Positions 56,841-64,000 of a stretch of 64,000 bases of DNA are shown here, piece after piece. Below the pieces are notes generated by a model. The model did no database searches. It was not told the DNA's origin and worked only from the letters and a program-made list of their open reading frames with translations. The first letter of the stretch is position 1; every line of letters begins with the position of its first letter. The DNA is taken from NCBI GenBank assembly GCA_965613025.1, contig CBFDUE010000001.1, forward strand, positions 6,323-70,322, in the 5' to 3' direction. The translations under genes were made by a program, and so were the position numbers. This stretch comes from an uncultured bacterium. GTDB taxonomy: Bacteria; Desulfobacterota; DSM-4660; Desulfatiglandales; JALVMZ01.

Positions 56841-57071
56841 TTATAACTCAATCTTTTCCATCTTTTCAAGGATTGCCATTATCCGCTGGCTGACCATGTT
56901 CTTCTCTGATCTCAGCTTCTCGATCTCAGAGTTCAGATCAGTGATCCTGTCCTCCTGAACGCGGATCTTCTCCCTCATTGATTCATTCTCTTCCTTTAAC
57001 CTCTTTATATATTCAATAAGTGCATCAATCTTCTGCTCCAATACCAAAAATTGATCCATCTCCCTTTCCAT
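56841..57071 (-). CDS. ZapB-like coiled-coil cell-division protein
   Basis: 76-aa all-coiled-coil protein ('LEQKIDALIEYIKRLKEENESMREKIRVQEDRITDLNSEIEKLRSEKN'). The preferred ATG at 57071 has the RBS AGGAAGGTGA. It lies immediately upstream of zapA. Confidence 0.6.
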   Translation of the reverse strand: MEREMDQFLVLEQKIDALIEYIKRLKEENESMREKIRVQEDRITDLNSEIEKLRSEKNMVSQRIMAILEKMEKIEL

Positions 57072-57100
57072 ATCACCTTCCTCTCTATAGACTTTAGGCA

Positions 57101-57129
57101 ATTTTATTTTTTCATACCAATCAGGTCAA
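57101..57129 (-). promoter_or_regulatory. Candidate sigma70-type promoter of the zapB-like/zapA/rny unit
   Basis: Minus-sense TTGACC (57129-57124), 17-nt spacer, TAAAAT (57106-57101), directly after the atp terminator. Confidence 0.5.
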
Positions 57130-57130
57130 C

Positions 57131-57158
57131 AAAAAAGCAGGCAATAGGCCTGCTTTTA
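57131..57158 (-). terminator. Intrinsic terminator after atpC (structurally bidirectional)
   Basis: AGCAGGC (57137-57143), AATA loop, GCCTGCT (57148-57154), flanked by AAAAAA on one side and TTTT on the other. In minus sense the hairpin is followed by TTTTTT. Confidence 0.75.
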
Positions 57159-57189
57159 TAATCTCTTCTCTATCTCTTTTAGTGATTAG

Positions 57190-57606
57190 CTATGCCTGAA
57201 TATCTCTACCTGCCACCTTTAATCGGGCAATTGCCCTTCTCAAGGCCGCCTCTGCCCTTTCATAATCAATATCTGGCGCTCCTCTTCCTTTTGAAAGCCT
57301 CTCTTTAGCCCTTTGCAGTGCCTTCCTTGCCCTTTCCACATCAATCTCTTCCTCTCTCTCTGCCGCATCTACTAAGATGGATACCTTATTGTGGGATACC
57401 TCCAAAAATCCATAGGTAACAGCCATCCTTACACTCTTTCCCTCAGATTCATATCTAAACTCACCAGGCACAATCCCAGTAAGAAAAGGGGCATGGCCTG
57501 GTAGTATACCAAACTGCCCTAAGGATCCGGGAGCTACCACAGAATCCACCTCTTGACTTACCATAATCCGCTCTGGAGTGATCAGTTCAAGATAAAGCCT
57601 TGCCAT
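57190..57606 (-). CDS. atpC: F1 ATP synthase subunit epsilon
   Basis: 138 aa with a beta-sandwich N-domain ('LELITPERIM...VVAPGSLGQFGILPGHAP') and a helical C-terminus. It follows atpD. Confidence 0.95.
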   Translation of the reverse strand: MARLYLELITPERIMVSQEVDSVVAPGSLGQFGILPGHAPFLTGIVPGEFRYESEGKSVRMAVTYGFLEVSHNKVSILVDAAEREEEIDVERARKALQRAKERLSKGRGAPDIDYERAEAALRRAIARLKVAGRDIQA

Positions 57607-57620
57607 GAGATACCTCTCTA

Positions 57621-59054
<1,434 letters not shown>

Positions 59055-59073
59055 TTAAAAATGGTTTTTATTC

Positions 59074-59952
59074 TTACGCCTTCTTTATAGCCTCTGCACC
59101 TCCAACAATATCCAAGAGCTCAAGGGTAATGGATGCCTGCCTTGCCTTATTATATAGCAGGGTAAGATTCTCTATCATATCTTCACAATTCTTGGTTGCA
59201 TTGTCCATAGCGGTCATACGCGCTGCATGTTCACTGACCTCATTCTGTAAAAAGGCATTATATATCTGAACACTTATATACTTAGGCAGTAACTCAATCA
59301 TAAGACTGGCAGAATCCGGTTCATATATGTATTCAATCCCCTTCATGAGGGCCTGTTCCAGCTCAGAGGGAGGGGTTATGGGAAGTAATTTTACCACCGT
59401 GGGTTCATATCTTAACATACTTACAAATCGTGTATATAGCATATAGAGTTCATCAATATCCTCTCTCAAGAACCTGTTTATAAAATCCCCTGTCATACGG
59501 TTTATAAAGGCCATGTCTGTCCTACCATAGAGCTGGGTATAAGAGGCTGTCATATCTATATTTTTCTTCTTAAAGTAATCAATCCCCTTTTTTCCAATGC
59601 AGAAAAGGGTTACCTTTCTTCCATTCTGCTCTTGCTCCTTAATCCATTCCTCTGCCCTATTAATGCTATTGGTATTAAAGGAACCACAGAGCCCTCTATC
59701 TGCAGTAAAAAACAGCAACTCCACCCTCCTTACCTCTTCTCTGCTGATAAGCAGAGGGTGAATCTCTGGATCTAAGGTGCTTGCAAGATGGGCCAAAACA
59801 TCAGAAAACTTACGCGCATAGGGTTCAAAACTCTCCATCTTACCCTGTGTGTTCCTCAGCTTTGCAGCAGCCACCATATTCATGGCCCTTGTGATCTGCC
59901 TTGTCCTCTTTACCGCATTTATCTTTCTGAGTATATCCCTTAGTGTTGCCAT
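59074..59952 (-). CDS. atpG: F1 ATP synthase subunit gamma
   Basis: The N-terminus 'LRDILRKINAVKRTRQITRAMNMVAAAKL' and the C-terminus 'RQASITLELLDIVGGAEA' are typical of gamma. Confidence 0.96.
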   Translation of the reverse strand: MATLRDILRKINAVKRTRQITRAMNMVAAAKLRNTQGKMESFEPYARKFSDVLAHLASTLDPEIHPLLISREEVRRVELLFFTADRGLCGSFNTNSINRAEEWIKEQEQNGRKVTLFCIGKKGIDYFKKKNIDMTASYTQLYGRTDMAFINRMTGDFINRFLREDIDELYMLYTRFVSMLRYEPTVVKLLPITPPSELEQALMKGIEYIYEPDSASLMIELLPKYISVQIYNAFLQNEVSEHAARMTAMDNATKNCEDMIENLTLLYNKARQASITLELLDIVGGAEAIKKA

Positions 59953-59979
59953 ATACCTTCTCTCTCAGAGTATGTCCTT

Positions 59980-61497
59980 CTATGTTGAGGGTGCCTGAAA
60001 TACCCCTTTAAATTCCTCTAATGCCTCTCTAATCTTTTTATCCATTTCATCTGATATATCCTTTGTCTCCTTTATCTCCTTTAAGATATCAGGATGCCTA
60101 TTTTCCATAAACTCAAGCATCTGCCTCTCATATTCAGATACTGCCTCCACCGGCCATTCATCCAGATAGCCATTTACACCCGCATAGAGGATCATTACCT
60201 GCTTCTCTTCTGCCATTGGCTGATATTGAGGCTGCTTTAATACCTCCACCAGCCTTCTACCCCTTTCAAGCTGCTTCTGGGTGGCCTTATCCAGATCACT
60301 TCCAAACTGGGCAAATGCCTCAAGCTCCCTGTACTGTGCCATATCCAACCTCAAACTTCCTGCCACTTTCTTCATTGCCTTTGTCTGTGCAGCACCACCC
60401 ACACGACTCACAGATAGACCCACATTAATGGCAGGCCTGATACCGGAGAAGAACAGACCTGGCTCCAGATAGACCTGCCCGTCTGTAATAGAGATCACAT
60501 TGGTAGGAATATAGGCAGATACGTCTCCTGCCTGGGTCTCTATTATGGGAAGTGCGGTAAGAGACCCTCCTCCATGTTCATCATTGAGCTTTGCAGCCCT
60601 CTCAAGCAGCCTTGAATGATTATAGAAGATATCCCCAGGATATGCCTCACGGCCAGGGGGTCTTCTGAGAAGCAATGATACCTGTCTGTATGCAGCTGCC
60701 TGTTTGGATAGATCATCGTATATTATCAGGGCATGTTTTCCATTATCCCTATAATATTCACCTATGGCACATCCAGAATAGGGTGCCAAAAACTGCTGAG
60801 TTGCAGGGTCACTTGCACATGCCGCTACCACTGTGGTATATTCCATGGCTCCATATCGCTCCAAGGTATCCACCACCTGTGCCACAGTAGACTTCTTCTG
60901 CCCGATTGCCACATATATGCAATATATGTCCGAATCTTTCTGATTTATAATGGCATCAATACATATGGCGGTCTTACCTATCTGTCTGTCACCGATGATA
61001 AGCTCCCTCTGCCCCCTTCCTATGGGTGTCATGGCGTCAATTGCCTTGATTCCAGTATACATGGGCTCATTTACAGGCCGTCGAACCACCACACCAGGTG
61101 CCACCCTCTCAATCCTTCTAAATTCAGTTGCATTTATAGGCCCTTTTCCGTCTAAGGGATTACCTACTGCATCAATTACCCTTCCCAATACCGCCTCACC
61201 CACAGGAATCTCAGCAATTCTGCCTGTGCGTTTTACAATGTCACCTTCTCTGATCTTGGTATCATCACCCATTATGGCCACACCCACATTGTCTTCTTCA
61301 AGATTCAGACATAGACCATATATACCACCTGGAAATTCAAGCATCTCCATAGCCATAGCATTTTCCACACCATAGACTCTCGCAATTCCATCTCCAACGG
61401 AAATAACCACACCTGTCTCTTTAAGGTCTATCTCCTTTTCATACTCTTTAATCTGGCTCTTAATAATTTCACTTATTTCTTCTGCTCTTATCTCCAT
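59980..61497 (-). CDS. atpA: F1 ATP synthase subunit alpha
   Basis: Walker A 'GDRQIGKT', '[12 protein letters not shown]' and '[12 protein letters not shown]'. Confidence 0.98.
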   Translation of the reverse strand: MEIRAEEISEIIKSQIKEYEKEIDLKETGVVISVGDGIARVYGVENAMAMEMLEFPGGIYGLCLNLEEDNVGVAIMGDDTKIREGDIVKRTGRIAEIPVGEAVLGRVIDAVGNPLDGKGPINATEFRRIERVAPGVVVRRPVNEPMYTGIKAIDAMTPIGRGQRELIIGDRQIGKTAICIDAIINQKDSDIYCIYVAIGQKKSTVAQVVDTLERYGAMEYTTVVAACASDPATQQFLAPYSGCAIGEYYRDNGKHALIIYDDLSKQAAAYRQVSLLLRRPPGREAYPGDIFYNHSRLLERAAKLNDEHGGGSLTALPIIETQAGDVSAYIPTNVISITDGQVYLEPGLFFSGIRPAINVGLSVSRVGGAAQTKAMKKVAGSLRLDMAQYRELEAFAQFGSDLDKATQKQLERGRRLVEVLKQPQYQPMAEEKQVMILYAGVNGYLDEWPVEAVSEYERQMLEFMENRHPDILKEIKETKDISDEMDKKIREALEEFKGVFQAPST

Positions 61498-61514
61498 ATC
61501 TATCCCTCACCCCT

Positions 61515-62048
61515 TTATATGGATTGTTTTAACCCTTCAAGTTGGGCCTTAATACTTCCATCTAATACCATATCTCCTATCTTTACCACCACTCCACCTA
61601 TCAAAGACGGATCGGTCTCAATAACCGATTTAACCTTTTTACCTGTAAAAGTGGCAAGGGCATTCTCCAACTTCTCTCTTTGAGAATCTGAAAGCGGCAT
61701 GGGAGTAATTATCTCAGCTCTTACAATATTCATGGCCTCATCCATGAGCTTTTCATAATATCTCCAAATTCCATCTAACTGATCCATCCTCTCCTTTTCC
61801 AGAAGTAACATTAAAAACCTGTTAGTGACCTCACTAAATCCGACCTTTTCCAGCACCTTCTTAAGCACTCCCTGCCTTATCTCTAAGGGGATAAGTCTGC
61901 TGAGCAGAAAGGAGCTAAGCTCTCTGTTCTGCTCCAAAAAGTTGGAAAATTCCTTAAGCTCCTTGCCATATTGTTCAAAGTTACCGTCTTCCTTACCTAA
62001 GCTAAATATGGCCTTTGCATATCTTCGTGCTACTTTTGACCGTATCAA
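61515..62048 (-). CDS. atpH: F1 ATP synthase subunit delta (OSCP)
   Basis: 177 aa with N-terminal 'VARRYAKAIF' and C-terminal 'DPSLIGGVVVKIGDMVLDGSIKAQL'. Confidence 0.9.
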   Translation of the reverse strand: MIRSKVARRYAKAIFSLGKEDGNFEQYGKELKEFSNFLEQNRELSSFLLSRLIPLEIRQGVLKKVLEKVGFSEVTNRFLMLLLEKERMDQLDGIWRYYEKLMDEAMNIVRAEIITPMPLSDSQREKLENALATFTGKKVKSVIETDPSLIGGVVVKIGDMVLDGSIKAQLEGLKQSI

Positions 62049-62686
62049 TGTAACCTCTCCACTTTTTGAATAAATTCATCTATAAGATTTTCCTGATCCC
62101 TCTCTGTAATTACCTTAGAGAGGATCTTCTCTGCCTCTTTTGCAGCAAGATCCATTATCTCTGCCCTCAATTGCTGTTTGGCAGCTTCCATCTCCTGAGA
62201 GATGGTAATCCGTGCAGATTCCACAATCCTTTTGGCCTTCTCCTGGGCCTCTCTTATGATCCGCTCCTTCTCCTGCTCACCCTCTTTCCTGAATTCCTCT
62301 AAGATCTTCTCCTTTTCCTTTTCAAACTCTATTAGCTTACTTTCAATCTCTCTGAATTGGGCCTCCCGCTCTTCCCTCTCCTTCTTAAGCCTCTCCATCT
62401 GCTCCTTGATCTTTATCATCCTCTCTTTAAGAGACTGAACCACTCCACCCTTCTTAATCCCATATGCAAGTATTATTACCATCAAGATAAAATTTATAAC
62501 TCTTGCAATCAGATCTTTTATGGCTCCCCCTCCATGCTCTCCTTCACCAGCAGCTTCATGAACAGCGGTGGAAGAGCTATGCTCAGCCTTTCCATGTTCT
62601 GCTGCAGCTAAGATAGGAAGATTACTTATAACCGTTAAAAACGAGACCAAGCACATAAAGATCAAAATATATCTGAATCTTTGCAT
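62045..62686 (-). CDS. atpF: Fo ATP synthase subunit b with N-terminal signal-like segment and His/Glu-rich insert
   Basis: 213 aa with an N-terminal hydrophobic segment (ILIFMCLVSFLTVISNLPILAAA) and then 'EHGKAEHSSSTAVHEAAGEGEHGGG'. The canonical b-type TM ('INFILMVIILAYGI') and a long charged helix follow. Confidence 0.82.
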   Translation of the reverse strand: MQRFRYILIFMCLVSFLTVISNLPILAAAEHGKAEHSSSTAVHEAAGEGEHGGGAIKDLIARVINFILMVIILAYGIKKGGVVQSLKERMIKIKEQMERLKKEREEREAQFREIESKLIEFEKEKEKILEEFRKEGEQEKERIIREAQEKAKRIVESARITISQEMEAAKQQLRAEIMDLAAKEAEKILSKVITERDQENLIDEFIQKVERLH

Positions 62687-63112
62687 CTATATACTCCTTC
62701 CCAGCAACTTCTCTGCCAGATCCTTTGAATATCTCTCTATATCAGCCTCCAATTCCTTTCTTATCTTGGAAACATCCCCTCTTAACCTTTCCCTTGCCTC
62801 ATTTAATATCTTCTCTGCCTCTGAACTTGCCTGCCCTAAGAGCTCCTTTTCCTTTGCCATCCCCTGCTGCTTGATTTCCTCTCTGCTCTTAAAGCCCTCT
62901 CTCCTTACATTCATCTTAAGCTCTTCCAGCTCCCTTCTGGACTCCTCAAGCCTCTTTTGAAACTCCTCTATGGAGCCTGAAAGAGAACCAAATTCATCTG
63001 ATCTGCGTCTGATTATCCTTCTTATAGGTTTATAGAGAAGTTGATTTAGGAGAAAAAGAAGGAGTAAAAAATTGATTATCTGAACAATAAGGGTTACATC
63101 AATCTTTAACAT
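62687..63112 (-). CDS. Fo ATP synthase subunit b' (second b-type subunit)
   Basis: 141 aa with a single N-terminal TM ('LIVQIINFLLLLFLLNQLLYKPI') and a long charged helix. It lies immediately upstream of atpF. Confidence 0.8.
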   Translation of the reverse strand: MLKIDVTLIVQIINFLLLLFLLNQLLYKPIRRIIRRRSDEFGSLSGSIEEFQKRLEESRRELEELKMNVRREGFKSREEIKQQGMAKEKELLGQASSEAEKILNEARERLRGDVSKIRKELEADIERYSKDLAEKLLGRSI

Positions 63113-63161
63113 CTTACCTTCCCTTCCCTACTTTGTGAAATTTATTTCAAAGTGAGATGCC

Positions 63162-63190
63162 TTATTATTAAAAAAATTTTTACTTGTCAA
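63162..63190 (-). promoter_or_regulatory. Candidate promoter of the atp (b'-b-delta-alpha-gamma-beta-epsilon) operon
   Basis: Minus-sense TTGACA (63190-63185), 17-nt spacer, TAATAA (63167-63162), about 50 nt upstream of the b' start. Confidence 0.4.
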
Positions 63191-63199
63191 AGGATTTTT

Positions 63200-63598
63200 T
63201 TATATCTTTCTATCTTTTTGGTGGAAGTCCTCAATCCTCTTTACCTTCTCTTCTGCTTTATCCTCCTTAGAGCCCATCCTACAGTTTCCTTCAAAATGTG
63301 CCCCCTCCTCTATTACAAGTAATGAGGTGGTTATGTTTCCAACCACAGTTCCTGTCCCTTTTATCTCAATTCTTTCCCTTGCATATATTTCACCGCTTAT
63401 ACGGCCATAGACTATTATAGATCCTGCCTCTGTCTTCTGCGTATCAATAACAGCATCATGTCCCACAATGAGAGTATCCTCTGTATATATCTCTCCCTGG
63501 ATCTTACCATCTATCCTGGCAGAACCTTTAAAAGATATCCTTCCTTCAAATTCTGTTCCCTTTCCAAGAAAGGCCTCAATCTTTTCCTTTTTACCCAT
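63200..63598 (-). CDS. Bactofilin (DUF583 polymer-forming cytoskeletal protein)
   Basis: 132 aa with repetitive beta-helix pattern 'FEGRISFKGSARIDGKIQGEIYTEDTLIVGHDAVIDTQ...IVYGRISGEIYARERIEIKGTGTVVGNITTSLLVIEEGAHFEGNCRM'. Confidence 0.9.
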   Translation of the reverse strand: MGKKEKIEAFLGKGTEFEGRISFKGSARIDGKIQGEIYTEDTLIVGHDAVIDTQKTEAGSIIVYGRISGEIYARERIEIKGTGTVVGNITTSLLVIEEGAHFEGNCRMGSKEDKAEEKVKRIEDFHQKDRKI

Positions 63599-63663
63599 AT
63601 GGCATTACCTCTTAATTGATCATCTTCCTTTAACATACCTGATAAGATTCTTTCAATAGAAAA

Positions 63664-64000
63664 TTATTCCTGAAACATATACCTACGCATATTAATATTC
63701 ATTATTAAGCCCAATCCTGCCATAATTGTAACCATAGCAGAGCCTCCATAGCTAAAAAGGGAAAGGGGAATACCCACCACGGGCAGTATCCCGGTGGTCA
63801 TGGCGATATTTATAGCGGTCTGCCAAAATATAATGGAGATTATTCCAAGTGCAAGCAGTGTTCCAAAGGACTCCTTTGAGTTCTTTGCAATTCTTATAGC
63901 CCATAGGATCAGGATGAGATAGAGAGATATTAAGAGTATAGATCCCACAAATCCCCACTCCTCTGCAAATACAGAGAAGGCAAAATCCGTGTGCTGCTCA
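63664..64000 (-). CDS. rodA: SEDS protein RodA (3' part; 5' end outside the window)
   Basis: The frame stays open to base 64000. Translation upstream of the ORF-track start reads '...EQHTDFAFSVFAEEWGFVGS', the SEDS HTDF motif. The C-terminus is 'GILPVVGIPLSLFSYGGSAMV'. It is a second SEDS gene distinct from ftsW. Confidence 0.88.
   Translation of the reverse strand, partial: EQHTDFAFSVFAEEWGFVGSILLISLYLILILWAIRIAKNSKESFGTLLALGIISIIFWQTAINIAMTTGILPVVGIPLSLFSYGGSAMVTIMAGLGLIMNINMRRYMFQE

Overview
The window is an AT-rich, very gene-dense chromosomal core region with about 65 CDS, many start/stop overlaps and almost no spacer DNA. I found no rRNA, tRNA, CRISPR array, transposase or integrase.

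Gene content points to an anaerobic diderm bacterium, probably a thermophile. The evidence is K/E/I-rich proteins, AGA/AGG Arg and ATA Ile codons, LPS-related lapA-like and heptose-kinase genes, three radical-SAM enzymes and a BCR/HAD-type ATP-driven reductase-like module. Lineage cannot be assigned from sequence alone.

Plus strand:
- A 5'-truncated MscS channel, ftsH and a glycerate kinase.
- A complete dcw cluster: mraZ-rsmH-ftsL-ftsI-murE-murF-mraY-murD-ftsW-murG-murC-murB-ftsQ-ftsA-ftsZ, with no ddl. A TIGR03960-like radical-SAM gene overlaps the ftsZ stop.
- smr-ychF-argC, tatD-maf, and an EamA transporter.

Minus strand:
- hsp20 followed by a LonC-like protease.
- DUF3786-purE-tsaC.
- A ParE/RelE-type toxin-antitoxin pair.
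- An orphan GAF-PilB/GspE ATPase.
- rlmB-like, gmk, remA, yicC.
- DUF4416, ugd, heptose kinase.
- A long polA / radical-SAM / BCR-HAD module / rng / M48-TPR protease string.
- rny, zapA, a zapB-like gene.
- A split F1Fo operon (b'-b-delta-alpha-gamma-beta-epsilon, without a/c).
- Bactofilin and the 3' end of rodA.

Most notable observations:
1. A composite palindromic MITE/REP-like element occurs in three copies, always wedged between the stop codon of one minus-strand gene and the RBS of the next. One copy appears to have extended the LonC-like ORF by 19 codons. Another carries a nested long-range inverted repeat.
2. A PlsA/PlsR- or Ger-like BCR/HAD two-gene module next to a radical-SAM gene is a candidate ether-lipid/plasmalogen system.
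3. FtsZ has a Lys inside the normally all-glycine part of the tubulin signature (GMGKGTGTG).
4. GTGGG-type direct repeats with 10-11 nt periodicity lie at the mraZ start.
5. smr and ychF are translationally coupled.

All coordinates of small motifs were counted by hand.
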